Shown piece after piece: positions 40,020 through 49,955 of a DNA stretch of 64,000 nucleotides. This DNA comes from Candidatus Jordarchaeum sp. LHC_1308 (GTDB lineage Archaea; Asgardarchaeota; Jordiarchaeia; Jordiarchaeales; Freyrarchaeaceae). The position numbers and the translations under genes were made by a program. The DNA is taken from positions 8,797 through 72,796 of the forward strand of contig JAHLWX010000001.1 of the NCBI GenBank assembly GCA_019057675.1. The letters run 5' to 3'. Each line of letters begins with the position of its first letter. The stretch's first letter is position 1. The notes beneath the pieces were generated by a model, which had not been told where the DNA came from, ran no database searches, and saw nothing but the letters and a program-made list of their open reading frames with translations.

Positions 40020-40070
40020 AATATCGACACCAGAAAAGGATATCGGAAAACCGATATCAACACCAGAAAA
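40020..40070. repeat. Two copies of RATATCRACACCAGAAAA plus 8-bp inverted repeat GATATCGG-AAAA-CCGATATC
   Basis: AATATCGACACCAGAAAA 40020..40037; GATATCAACACCAGAAAA 40053..40070; third copy GATATCGACACCAGACAA 40824..40841; related palindrome GATATCGATATC 38917..38928. Confidence 0.8.
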
Positions 40071-40429
40071 CGATGCAGGAAAACACAAAAGAAAAACCAT
40101 CGTAATACTCAGAGAACACGGACAGAACACAGGGAATACAAACGGAGACTTACTACAACAATGACGATGCAAACCTGAAAGGTCTCAGGTAAGCTGAACG
40201 AGAGATCAGGAAACAAGACGGGTTTACAAGAAAGTATACCCACAGGGAACCCTAAAGCAGGAAGACGCCAAACGAAAAGGATAAATATCAGAAATACAGG
40301 GAGAATGCACCAATATTACGAGAAGCACATAGAGGTTTTTTCTATTTTTGGAACATGTGTTCCAATATCACTGTGAGCTCCTGTCCTCTTTAAGTGCAGC
40401 ATAAGAGTTAAGAAGGTCCACCCAAGACT

Positions 40430-40834
40430 TCAGAAATCCCTTAGCAAAACCTGACCTGTCAGGGAGGTTCGGGAAAAAACTTGCGCTAGAGACTCAAGGT
40501 AATTCGCGTACCTCTTAGCGTCCTCTGATGAAAGCCCGTTCATTAAAGAAACAATCAGGGAAGTCTGACTAAGTTTCTCAAGACCTGCAAGCCAACCTCG
40601 CCAAGCCAGCTCGACCCATTTGTCTTTCAACTGTGATTCCTCTAAGACAGCCTTAGCGATTTCAACGGCCTTCTTGTGATCACCTTTGACTAATGCTTTC
40701 ACGAATTCTTCAATTTCGCTCAAAACAACCACCCTGTTTTTAACTAAAAATATGGATAAAATGTTAATTAAGATTTCCAGCGTAGATGACAACTGCAGTA
40801 ATCGAGAACAGGTATCGCAATTAGATATCGACAC
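40430..40834 (-). CDS. Hypothetical helical protein
   Basis: 134-aa ORF, KALVKGDHKKAVEIAKAVLEESQLKDKWVELAWRGWLAGLEKL; start uncertain. Confidence 0.55.
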   Translation of the reverse strand: MSISNCDTCSRLLQLSSTLEILINILSIFLVKNRVVVLSEIEEFVKALVKGDHKKAVEIAKAVLEESQLKDKWVELAWRGWLAGLEKLSQTSLIVSLMNGLSSEDAKRYANYLESLAQVFSRTSLTGQVLLRDF

Positions 40835-41056
40835 CAGACAACATGTTTGGTGTATGGGGTAGCAAACACCCCCTCGTTTCTACTGCAACAAGTTAACTTG
40901 CAATTAGCTACTAAAACTTGAATTTTTACAAAAAACTTATATATTTAGACTCCTCAACATCTGGGGGGGAAGTTTTATTTTTAAAGTTTAATAGTTAAAC
41001 TCCAAACAAGTTTTATTTTCTCCAGTTGAAATAGAGGGGTGAGTGAGCTTCTCTTT

Positions 41057-41074
41057 TTAGAACATATGTTCTAA
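41057..41074. repeat. Perfect 18-bp palindrome TTAGAACATATGTTCTAA
   Basis: Sequence equals its own reverse complement; related inverted repeat TTGGAACA-TG-TGTTCCAA at 40348..40365. Confidence 0.85.
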
Positions 41075-41430
41075 ATACTTTCTTCCCCCACAATTAAGAA
41101 AACTCGACACCTGACAATATCCTTGTACTTCTTGAAGAACGCATTGAAGACCTCTGCATGCTCGTCTCGAACTAGTATTGCGCTGTCCCCTGCTCTGTCG
41201 CAGCCATAGATGTCCACAAGTCCCAGCTTTTGCCCCTTTAACGTTTTTCCTTCCTTGTTTTTCCATGTGTACGCGTAGCCGAAGAGTTCCTTGAAGAATT
41301 TCACCCTGCGTGGGTCACTTGAGTGTTCCGTCTTTACGTCGTAAACATATACTCTCAAGTTTTTCCCTCCCTTTGACACGTCGTAGCATTTCTCCTTGAA
41401 GACTTGTATTTTCGTCGTCTTCTCGTCCAA
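41071..41430 (-). CDS. Small hypothetical protein between ORB-like elements
   Basis: 119-aa ORF MDEKTTKIQVFKEKCYDVSKGGKNLRVYVYDVK... Confidence 0.6.
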   Translation of the reverse strand: MDEKTTKIQVFKEKCYDVSKGGKNLRVYVYDVKTEHSSDPRRVKFFKELFGYAYTWKNKEGKTLKGQKLGLVDIYGCDRAGDSAILVRDEHAEVFNAFFKKYKDIVRCRVFLIVGEESI

Positions 41431-42123
41431 CAGCTTGACATGTTAACACGATGTTAACATAAGTTTTTCAAGTCGTTAATGCGCTGTTTTTGCTGTGAAT
41501 GATGCAAATTATGTTCTCGAAAATTAACCCCTTTATTTCAACTGCAGCATTTTTCCGAGAATTTTTCTCTCTGATTTTTATGTTAACACACTTTGTTAAC
41601 CTTTTTTAAAAAAATACAATGGAAAAAATCTTTGTTTTGAAGATTTACATTTTTATTCAACTATTTTCTTGTTAATGTTATCTAAAAACTTTATTTATCG
41701 AGAATATGCCTTTTTTTGCCCTTTTTTTCTTTTCCACGTCTTTCATGTTAACAGACTCACATCTTCACGTCATTCACTTCTTCAACCTTTTTGTTAAAGT
41801 GTTTTTAAGTGAACACTTCAACTTGGGAATAGCCTGGTTTCTTTACTGATTTTCTCAATATTTATGATGCTCCCTCCTTTTGACTTGAGAGGGCCCGGTA
41901 ATTTGACTTCAGAGAAGGTGACGATTTAAAGCCGGGTGTATGATTACCTTTGAAGGTCATTGGGGACGTAAACTGACAAAGGGAACGATAAATGACTAAT
42001 ATCCATGAACTCTAGCAATTATGCGAGTTAAAGTGATTGGGGGATTTTCGGATGTAATAGATAGACATATATACTTGTACGCGTAAATTTAACTTACCTC
42101 ATTTCCAGTGGAAGGTGTGCTAG

Positions 42124-42591
42124 TTGGGGGCGAAGCGTTACAAGATCGAGATAGCTGATCTCTCACGCAATGTTAAGGCTACGTTAACTATTGAGGGTGA
42201 TGTTCCCCCCCAACTGGCAGCGTCTCTTGTGGAGGAACTTTCCGAGAAATTGTCCGGAGGCGAGGTGGCGGAGGAAGCGACTAAACTTGAGGCCTCCGAA
42301 GTTGACGCCGGGTTCCCTGACCCCGAAGGACTTTCAATGAAGGATAAAATTGAACTTGTATTATTGAAATACTTCCAGTATGGATGGTTTACTTCCAGCG
42401 ACGTCCATGAGCAGTTTACCCGGGTTTTCGGCGAGACTTCTCTGAGCGTGGTTTCAACTTACTTGGCAAGGTTTCGTGGCGAGGGTTTATTGGAGCGTAA
42501 GGGGACAAAGAAGCAATATTACTATCGGCTTAAGGAAATTGGCCGGCTTAAGGCTTCTAAATTTGGCGAGCTTCTTCAGCTTCTTCCATGA
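42124..42591 (+). CDS. Winged-helix protein of unknown function upstream of orc1/cdc6
   Basis: C-terminal wHTH-like FTSSDVHEQFTRVFGETSLSVVSTYLARFRGEGLLERKGTKKQYYYRL. Confidence 0.7.
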   Translation: MGAKRYKIEIADLSRNVKATLTIEGDVPPQLAASLVEELSEKLSGGEVAEEATKLEASEVDAGFPDPEGLSMKDKIELVLLKYFQYGWFTSSDVHEQFTRVFGETSLSVVSTYLARFRGEGLLERKGTKKQYYYRLKEIGRLKASKFGELLQLLP

Positions 42592-42703
42592 TCCATTTTC
42601 TGAGCTTCTTCGAGCTTCTTGAATGTGTTTCCAATGTAATATTAATGGATATATTTTCTGAGCGTTAAGCATTACACACCTTTGTTTCTGGTGGAAGTAG
42701 AAA

Positions 42704-43954
42704 GTGGTGGTTCGTTTGGGTGAGCGTTCCCTTGAGGCACTTTTCGAGAGGTTTCTCTCTACTAAGATTTTTAAGAACCGTGACGTTTTAAGTCATACTT
42801 ATGTTCCTGACGAGTTACCTCACCGTGACGAGCAGATTGAGAAAGTCGGGTTGATTCTTGCCTCCGCTCTCAAGGGCGGAACACCTTCAAACGTTTTCAT
42901 CTATGGAAAGACTGGTACAGGTAAGACCGCCGTTGTGCGTTTCGTTCTTAAACACCTCGTTGCTAAGTGTCATGAGTTGAATGTGCCTCCCCCCATACCT
43001 GCCTACCTTAACTGTAGGATCGTTAACACTAACTATCGTGTTTTAGCCCGGCTTTGCTCCTACTTGGGTGTCGAGGTTCCATTTACAGGTCTTCCTACAG
43101 ATGAAGTTTATAGCAGGTTTAGGGATGCGCTTGACAGCAGGGATGTTTTGATGATAATTGTGCTCGACGAGGTTGAACGACTAGTCGAGCGGGATGGGAG
43201 TAACATTCTTTATGACCTAACTAGGATGAACCATACTGTTTTGAAACGGGCACGCGTCAGCATAATAGGTATCACAAACGATCTGACATTCAAAGATAAC
43301 CTTGATCCTAGAGTGCTGAGTAGCCTAGGAGAGGAGGAACTGGTTTTTCCGCCTTACGCTGCCGCTGAGCTCAGAGACATTCTATGGCAAAGAGCCCAGC
43401 TCGCCTTCAGGGAAGGCGCTCTTGAAGGTCCAGGGGTTATTAATCTCTGCGCGGCCATAGCGGCTAAGGAACATGGAGACGCTCGCCGTGCCTTAGACTT
43501 GCTTAGAGTTGCAGGTGAGATAGCTGAGCGGGAAGGCGCGGAAAAAGTTTCTGAGGATCATGTGAGGGCTGCGCAGCACGTTATTGAGCGAGACCATTTA
43601 GTCGAGGCTCTGAGAACTCTTCCTATGCACTCTAAGCTTGTACTTTACACCATCTTTGAGTTGACGAAACAGGGACGGGGTAAAGCTAGGACCGGGGACA
43701 TATACAGCTACTACTCGAACATTTGTAGGCGTCTTCACGTTGAGCCATTGACACAAAGGAGAGTTAGTAGTCTTATAAATGAGCTTGACATGTTGGGGGT
43801 GGTTGTGGCTCATCTTAAAAGCAGGGGGCGCCATGGATTGTCAAAAGAAGTAAGGCTCAACGTCTCCGTGAATCAGGTCAAACAAGTCTTAGAGGAGGAT
43901 GCCTTCATAAAGAAGCTTTCATCTGAAGGTTCACTTTCCTCTCTTTTAGGTTAG
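42704..43954 (+). CDS. cdc6: Orc1/Cdc6 origin-binding protein
   Basis: VLSHTYVPDELPHRDEQIEKVGLILA, IYGKTGTGKTAVVRFVLKHL, ILYDLTRMN, GDARRALDLLRVAGEIAE. Confidence 0.95.
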   Translation: MVVRLGERSLEALFERFLSTKIFKNRDVLSHTYVPDELPHRDEQIEKVGLILASALKGGTPSNVFIYGKTGTGKTAVVRFVLKHLVAKCHELNVPPPIPAYLNCRIVNTNYRVLARLCSYLGVEVPFTGLPTDEVYSRFRDALDSRDVLMIIVLDEVERLVERDGSNILYDLTRMNHTVLKRARVSIIGITNDLTFKDNLDPRVLSSLGEEELVFPPYAAAELRDILWQRAQLAFREGALEGPGVINLCAAIAAKEHGDARRALDLLRVAGEIAEREGAEKVSEDHVRAAQHVIERDHLVEALRTLPMHSKLVLYTIFELTKQGRGKARTGDIYSYYSNICRRLHVEPLTQRRVSSLINELDMLGVVVAHLKSRGRHGLSKEVRLNVSVNQVKQVLEEDAFIKKLSSEGSLSSLLG

Positions 43955-45465
43955 TCCCCTGTGAAGTCCAGCTGAGCCACCCAGAAGTCCTTCAAGTTAA
44001 TGATGTACGGCTTCCCGGGTGTCGGTGTTAACCCCATGGATTTCTGGTAGTCTGTTTGATCCTGAAATGTTCCCGAGTTTATCACGATTACCCCACGGTA
44101 ATTTTCCTGCCCATTTATGTGAATGTGCCCGCAGTGTAATATGTCTGGGACCTTCTCGATAACTAAGAGGTCCATGGGTTCAGGGGACAATGGTGTTGAC
44201 CCATAAATTGGCGCCAGGTGTCTCCCCCTGAGAAACTCTATCATTGCTCTTTCGGGGTGGTGCTGGTCTATAGAGAGAGCCGTCATCACGTCGTTTAGCG
44301 AGTCCCCGTGGAAGCATAACACTTCAACACCATGTATTCTGAAATATGCTGGGTCTCCGAGCATTTCGACTCCTATTTCGTAAAGTGGTTCACCGTACTC
44401 TTTCGGTATTGCTGGCTGAGGTAATGCTTGCCTAGTTGCGTCGTGCCCACCAGGTATAGCTATGATCTTCACGTAGTCGGGTACATTTTCAAGGTATTTT
44501 GCTGCAATATCATATTGTGCATATACCTCTTCGACGACGAGCTCCTTCTCTTGGTTAGGATAGACTCCGACTCCATCCACTATGTCTCCTCCAATCACTA
44601 GATACTTAACTTGTTTTGCGAGATCTCTGGTTTTCTCATCCCCCCTCTTGCCCTGAAGCCACTCTATGAATCTCGTGAATGGCTTTTCCATGAATTTCTT
44701 GCTACCGAAGTGCGTGTCCGAGATGAAGACGGCCATTATGGGATCCTCAGCTCTTCTAGGTTTGTGGTCAAATGGCACATCGGGCCAGATAATGTTGTCT
44801 GCCACGATGTAAGCTCCGTTACTTTTACCTTCTACACAGACTACTTGGTCTAGCATAAGGTATCGTGCTTTATCTGTTAAGTTGCCCGGAATTAGGACGC
44901 TAACCACGCCGTCAAGATCCTCAAGTTCTATGATCATGGAGCCACTCCGAACCTTCGAAATATCCCTAACTAACCCTATCAACTTGACTTCCTCAGCTCT
45001 GCCTACCTCACAAGTCCTACGTATTCCCTTGATGTCTCCTCTCCTCAGGAGGAGATTGCTGAGTCGCATATACCTGTCTTTGAAGTAGTTGACAAAGTCG
45101 TTTAGAGACCCGCTGGTTCCTATCATTTTTGTTGGATCCATTACTACTTCGAAATCCTCGTCCACTTCCTTGGCGGTTAGGGCTGGCTTCAACTTCATGC
45201 TCGGGGAAGCTGCACTCCACTCCTCTTCGCTTTTAGGCGTCTTAACACTGGTTACTTTTCGAGGATCCTTCTCTTCAATCAGTTTTCTGACATTTTCTTC
45301 TGTTAAAACGAGTGCCCCATCCGTGACCTTAATCTTCCTTATAATCAAGGAAACTACGCTGGGTTCAAGTGACAATATGATATCCAACGCTCCAGGAGTA
45401 ACTTGTAATCCAGCTTCAAGCAATTCCTTAACTGTTCTCTTTGCGACTTGCGACGTCTCTATCAA
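43951..45465 (-). CDS. polB: DNA polymerase D (pol II) small subunit DP1
   Basis: VAVFISDTHFGSKKFMEKPFTRFIEWLQG, VIIGGDIVDGVGVYP, IIAIPGGHDATRQALPQPAI, LHCGHIHINGQENYRGVIVINSGTFQDQTDYQK. Confidence 0.93.
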   Translation of the reverse strand: MIETSQVAKRTVKELLEAGLQVTPGALDIILSLEPSVVSLIIRKIKVTDGALVLTEENVRKLIEEKDPRKVTSVKTPKSEEEWSAASPSMKLKPALTAKEVDEDFEVVMDPTKMIGTSGSLNDFVNYFKDRYMRLSNLLLRRGDIKGIRRTCEVGRAEEVKLIGLVRDISKVRSGSMIIELEDLDGVVSVLIPGNLTDKARYLMLDQVVCVEGKSNGAYIVADNIIWPDVPFDHKPRRAEDPIMAVFISDTHFGSKKFMEKPFTRFIEWLQGKRGDEKTRDLAKQVKYLVIGGDIVDGVGVYPNQEKELVVEEVYAQYDIAAKYLENVPDYVKIIAIPGGHDATRQALPQPAIPKEYGEPLYEIGVEMLGDPAYFRIHGVEVLCFHGDSLNDVMTALSIDQHHPERAMIEFLRGRHLAPIYGSTPLSPEPMDLLVIEKVPDILHCGHIHINGQENYRGVIVINSGTFQDQTDYQKSMGLTPTPGKPYIINLKDFWVAQLDFTGD

Positions 45466-45924
45466 GCTTCCGCCCTGCTTATCTCTTAAATCAGAAACCC
45501 ACTATAAACTTTTCATGTGTCACATCTTCCAACGGAAGGGAAGTTCGCGTTACGAACTTTCAAGCTTACTTTTATCCTTTGCCAAAATAAATAAGAGTCA
45601 GTATTTCATAGATGTTTCAATTAACCTACATCTCTTCTTATTAATGTAAATTTCTCTTTTTATTTTATGAAAGATTCTTGGAATAATGCTTGTTTATCTT
45701 CTTCAAAAATGAAGCTCATTGAAGACTTCTCCCTATTTACTTTTACAAGCGCTTTTATTGAAATTATGTGCACTTTTGTTCTTTCATGACTAATTTTATG
45801 CACAAATATGCTTCATTTGAATGAAGTGAAGTTTATTGAGTGGATTCCATAAAAAATATATAGTGTTTATAATTATCATCTTTCAAATAGAGATCATTGA
45901 AAATCATGAGAGGAGGCTTGTTCC

Positions 45925-46905
45925 GTGTCTAAAATGGAGGTTAGGAAACTTCAGAAAACGGGAGGTAGCACATTTCTTTTAAGTCTTCCTAAGGACTGGA
46001 TCAAACGTATGAGTCTTAAGCAAGGGGATCTCGTGGCAATAATTGAGAGGGACGATGGTGCTCTTCTCGTCGATCCTCGCTATTCCGAAAAGGAAAAAGT
46101 TAAAGTGGCTATTATAGAAGTTGACTCTAGTCCGAATTTTACGAGGGAAATAACCGCGAACTTTCTTTATGGTTACGACGTCATACGAATCCGCTCTAAA
46201 AGCGGCATTACGTCTGAACAGAGAGATGCTATTAAACGTTCACTCCAACAGCTTGTTGGCGTAGAAATAGTTGAGGAAAGCGCCAAGGAAATCACTCTTC
46301 AGTGCTTACTTTCACCTTCAGCCCTTTCCCTAAAGAGAACAATAAAGAGAACTTACCTTATTGCTGCTAGGATGCAGGAGGACGCCGTGACAGCTATAAA
46401 AGACAAGGATCTTAACTTAGCTGAAAGCGTTGTAGTGAGGGACGAAGACATCGACAGGCTTTACTTCTTAATGGTTAGACAGCTTCGTTCAGCAGTAATG
46501 GAGCCCCACTTGGCAGAGAAAATTGGTATCAGTCCTATAGAGTGCTTAGACTACCGTGTCGCTATCAAAAGTATAGAGTCCATGGCGGACTACTCCGTTA
46601 AGATAGCTGAGCAGGTTCACCTCGTAATGGGTGCTGAAATCCCGGGAAAAGTTATTGAAAGTATACTAAAAATAAATCGCATAGCTCACGAAATGCATTC
46701 TAACGCCATAGAAGCCCTCGTAAGGAAGGACGGAGTTTTAGCGTCAAAAACCATAGGGATGAAACCCCAGCGTAACCAAGCAGTAGAGGAGGCCTACAAG
46801 GCCCTTGCAAATGAACCAGTAGAAATATCTATTCCTCTCAGCACTGTAGTTGATATGTTAGACCGCATCTCAGAATGTGGTGTCGACATAGCAGACCTAG
46901 CATAG
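45925..46905 (+). CDS. PhoU-domain protein with N-terminal AbrB-like domain
   Basis: KTGGSTFLLSLPKDWIKRMSLKQGDLVAI then PhoU-like repeats. Confidence 0.8.
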   Translation: MSKMEVRKLQKTGGSTFLLSLPKDWIKRMSLKQGDLVAIIERDDGALLVDPRYSEKEKVKVAIIEVDSSPNFTREITANFLYGYDVIRIRSKSGITSEQRDAIKRSLQQLVGVEIVEESAKEITLQCLLSPSALSLKRTIKRTYLIAARMQEDAVTAIKDKDLNLAESVVVRDEDIDRLYFLMVRQLRSAVMEPHLAEKIGISPIECLDYRVAIKSIESMADYSVKIAEQVHLVMGAEIPGKVIESILKINRIAHEMHSNAIEALVRKDGVLASKTIGMKPQRNQAVEEAYKALANEPVEISIPLSTVVDMLDRISECGVDIADLA

Positions 46906-46948
46906 CCTCCAAAAAGGTAAGTGTTAAAGGGAAAAGGGGGAATACTTC

Positions 46949-47812
46949 ATGAAGTCAATAGATGAAATGGCTCGTGAAATACAGTCTCGCTTCAAGATTG
47001 TCGGCAGGCTGGAAGAGCTAAAAAAAGCACTAGCCGCTAAGCTGGCATCCCGCCACTTACTAATAGAAGGCGAAGTCGGTGTTGGAAAAACCACTTTGGC
47101 AGATGCCATCGCGAAGTATTTTAACCAGCCAATGTTCCGGGTTGACGGCGACGAACGTTACACGGAGGCTAAGCTAACAGGGTGGTTTGATCCTCCAGCA
47201 GTAATGAAGTACGGGTATACAAGGGACGCCTTTGTTCCAGGCCCATTAACTCTTGCCATGCTTGAAGGCGGCATCCTCTTTATAAACGAAATAAACCGCT
47301 TAAGCGAGTCCACTCAGAACGTTTTTCTTCCCGTCATGGATGAAGGCAGACTGGAGATCCCGAAGATAGGCGAGATCACAGCGAAGGAGGGCTTCTTCAT
47401 TATAGCCACGCAGAACCCACTTGAGCACGTCGGTGTAACCGCCTTGGGCGAGGCTTTAAGAGACCGCTTCTGCTGGATACGAATCGACTACCAAAGCGAG
47501 GAGGAAGAAAGAGAAATAGTGGCGCTCAAGTCTGGCTGCTCTAACCCCGACATAATACGGCTAGCAGTGAAAATAGTGAGGGCAACCCGCGTCCATGAGA
47601 ATTTGCGAAGGGGTGCATCTGTTAGAGGAGCCATTGACATTGCGAGTCTTTTATCTCACTACAACGGAGCCCAAGTGAAATCAAAGGATTTGTGGGTTGA
47701 AGTTGCCATAATGGCTCTCGGTACACGCATCGAGCTTGAGGACGGTGCTGGCAAGACTATTGAAGAAGTTATAAAAGAAATTGTAGATGAGTGCTTCGAG
47801 GATTTTCAGTAG
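46949..47812 (+). CDS. MoxR-family AAA+ ATPase
   Basis: HLLIEGEVGVGKTTLADAIAKYF, GGILFINEINRLSESTQNVFLPVMDEGR, IIATQNPLEHVG. Confidence 0.9.
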   Translation: MKSIDEMAREIQSRFKIVGRLEELKKALAAKLASRHLLIEGEVGVGKTTLADAIAKYFNQPMFRVDGDERYTEAKLTGWFDPPAVMKYGYTRDAFVPGPLTLAMLEGGILFINEINRLSESTQNVFLPVMDEGRLEIPKIGEITAKEGFFIIATQNPLEHVGVTALGEALRDRFCWIRIDYQSEEEEREIVALKSGCSNPDIIRLAVKIVRATRVHENLRRGASVRGAIDIASLLSHYNGAQVKSKDLWVEVAIMALGTRIELEDGAGKTIEEVIKEIVDECFEDFQ

Positions 47813-48882
47813 GCGAGGAGGTTCAACCCTCCGATGAACCCAAAAGGATAAACCCCTTCTCAGCTTTCGATCTTCTCTTAGAGGAGATATCTCTAGGCAC
47901 AGCGCCACCTTACATCTACACGGATCTCGCAAGTAAACTTGATTACGCCTCTATAAAGAGAGCGGCCGAAATGGCGTTAAAATGCGGGAACCTTTCGGCC
48001 ATCAAAGGGCTCTCAAAAGTGAATCCCGTCGCCGTGTCTGACGTCTTCTCATGCCCTGACGCAGCTCTTCTAGTTGCTAGGCGCTTATCTTGCGGCGACG
48101 TTCAAAGTCCAGTAGAGCTCTACGTACTTTTGCGCGGCAACCTTCGCTATAAGTATAAGCAAATCTTCAAGAGACTGGCGAAAATAGCGGTTCTCAAAAC
48201 ATCCCTCAGGATCAGCGGGCGTGGGCCTAAAGGACCATTAAGAAGAAGAGTGCCTTATTACCCCGGGTTAATGGAGTTTGACGAAGAGTCGATGATTGAA
48301 TCCTTCTTGGAGAAAGAATATATCTCCTATGAGGACGTAGTCGGGTTGGAGCCCCGGTCACAAGCCAAGTTTGGCGTGTTAATATTCGATTCCAGTGGTA
48401 GCATGACCGAAGAGAAACTATTTAACGCAGCCCTTTCAACAGCAGTCTTGGCCTATAATATGCGAAACGAAGATTATGCAGTCATAGGATTTGGAACCCG
48501 CGCATTCACTCTCAAGAAAATTGGTGAGAAGAAGAACATAAGTAATGTCATCGAGGAAATACTGGATATAAGTTCTATAGGCTATTCAAACATAAGCGAC
48601 GCTCTCTCTGTCGGACTTAAAGAACTCTCCAAGATAAAGCGTAGAGGGAAAAGTTGGGGCGTCCTGATAACGGATGGCGAGTGGAATTTGGGAAGAGATC
48701 CCACGCAGCTGGCGGCCAAGTTTCCGACCCTACATGTCATAGCAACTCCAAGTAAAGGAAAAATAGCGGAGCATGGCTTGAAAACATGCAGGAAGCTGGC
48801 TAAGGCAGGTAAGGGCCACTTCATGGTTGTGAAAAACTTTTCGGAAATCCCCCGCCTACTTGTAAAGCTACTTCTATCATAA
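47791..48882 (+). CDS. von Willebrand factor A domain protein, MoxR partner
   Basis: LIFDSSGSMTEEKLFNAALSTAV MIDAS-type DxSxS, ATPSKGKIAEHG; overlaps MoxR gene. Confidence 0.85.
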   Translation: MLRGFSVGEEVQPSDEPKRINPFSAFDLLLEEISLGTAPPYIYTDLASKLDYASIKRAAEMALKCGNLSAIKGLSKVNPVAVSDVFSCPDAALLVARRLSCGDVQSPVELYVLLRGNLRYKYKQIFKRLAKIAVLKTSLRISGRGPKGPLRRRVPYYPGLMEFDEESMIESFLEKEYISYEDVVGLEPRSQAKFGVLIFDSSGSMTEEKLFNAALSTAVLAYNMRNEDYAVIGFGTRAFTLKKIGEKKNISNVIEEILDISSIGYSNISDALSVGLKELSKIKRRGKSWGVLITDGEWNLGRDPTQLAAKFPTLHVIATPSKGKIAEHGLKTCRKLAKAGKGHFMVVKNFSEIPRLLVKLLLS

Positions 48883-49788
48883 GCTTTCTTTTCTTTGTTT
48901 TTCCGATGCAAACTTCCAAAAATCCTTTACTACTACTGGCATCTTCCTTCTTTTATCTCTCACTAAGTACAGCATGCGCTCGACGTCCCACCCCTCCACC
49001 TCAATGATCTTAACCAGTCCTGCGACCTCCGCCTTCTTAGCAGCAGTCTCGGACAAAATCGTTATTCCAAGTCCCACAGATACCGCATTTATCACCGCCT
49101 CCGTGCTGCCAGCCTCCAGTGACACTTTCACCTTATCGAGGGGAATCCCTAACCGCATGAGAGCCCTTTCCGCTTCAAGTCTCGTCCCTGATGTTCTCTC
49201 TCTAAAAACAAACGGGTAACGTAAACAATCTTCTAAAGTCACTTTCTTTTTCATTGCAAGCTCGTGGTTAACCGGACATATGAAAACAAGTCTCTCTCTT
49301 CCGATGGGTATAGCTTCTATCTCTTTAACACTTTCCTCTGTAAGGCTCCCCACAGCCGCTAGATCAGCCTCTCCTCTAAGAAGCTTCTTCAAGGCCCCAC
49401 CAGTGTCTAACACTTCAATTTCAAAGCTTATCCTCGGATTCTTCTCTTTAAATTGAGCTACCAAGTTTGGAAGAATATGCTCCCCTGGAATGGTGCTCGC
49501 CACAAGCCTTATCCTTCCCTCCTCCTCTTCCCCTATTTTCCTCAGCTCATCCCTCGTCTTATCCACTAACTCGAGAATCTCCTTAGCTCTTTTCAGCAAT
49601 ATCTCGCCCTCCTTAGTCAGCCTCACTATTCTTCTACTCCTGTCAAAAAGAGTTACTCCAAAAAACTTCTCGAGCGTAGCTATATGATTGCTTACAGTGG
49701 CTTGGGTCACACCAAGCTCTCTAGCAGCCCTAAGAAATCCACCCTTCTCTACAACCTCGATGAACGTTTTGAAATACTCCACTCTCAT
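48877..49788 (-). CDS. LysR-family transcriptional regulator
   Basis: MRVEYFKTFIEVVEKGGFLRAARELGVTQATVSNHIATLEKFFGVTLFDRS. Confidence 0.9.
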   Translation of the reverse strand: MRVEYFKTFIEVVEKGGFLRAARELGVTQATVSNHIATLEKFFGVTLFDRSRRIVRLTKEGEILLKRAKEILELVDKTRDELRKIGEEEEGRIRLVASTIPGEHILPNLVAQFKEKNPRISFEIEVLDTGGALKKLLRGEADLAAVGSLTEESVKEIEAIPIGRERLVFICPVNHELAMKKKVTLEDCLRYPFVFRERTSGTRLEAERALMRLGIPLDKVKVSLEAGSTEAVINAVSVGLGITILSETAAKKAEVAGLVKIIEVEGWDVERMLYLVRDKRRKMPVVVKDFWKFASEKQRKESL

Positions 49789-49955
49789 CTGATACCCCTC
49801 TTCTTCAGTATTTCTCGAATAGCCCCTAAAAATTTTTTGATAAATGGCACATATGAAGTAATGTTTAATCAATAAAACAAGTTATTCTTTAGAATTTATA
49901 AATACAGATCCTCAAAAACTCAATTAAAAGTAAAAACGAAAAGCAGAACTAGGAA

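Larger units (their letters stand above)
41020..42707. promoter_or_regulatory. Putative replication origin region adjacent to orc1/cdc6
   Basis: ORB-like CTCCAGTTGAAATAGAGGGG at 41020 (+) and its inverted match CCCCTTTATTTCAACTGC at 41528..41545; TTCCAGTGGAA at 42103..42113; TTTCTGGTGGAAGTAGAAAGTGG at 42685..42707; AT-rich tract; TGTTAAC cluster; orc1/cdc6 at 42704. Confidence 0.5.

Noticed and set aside
41528-41545. ORB-like element as chance
   Set aside because: Not fully rejected; retained as a candidate because it matches the 41020 element at 16 of 18 positions in inverse orientation next to cdc6
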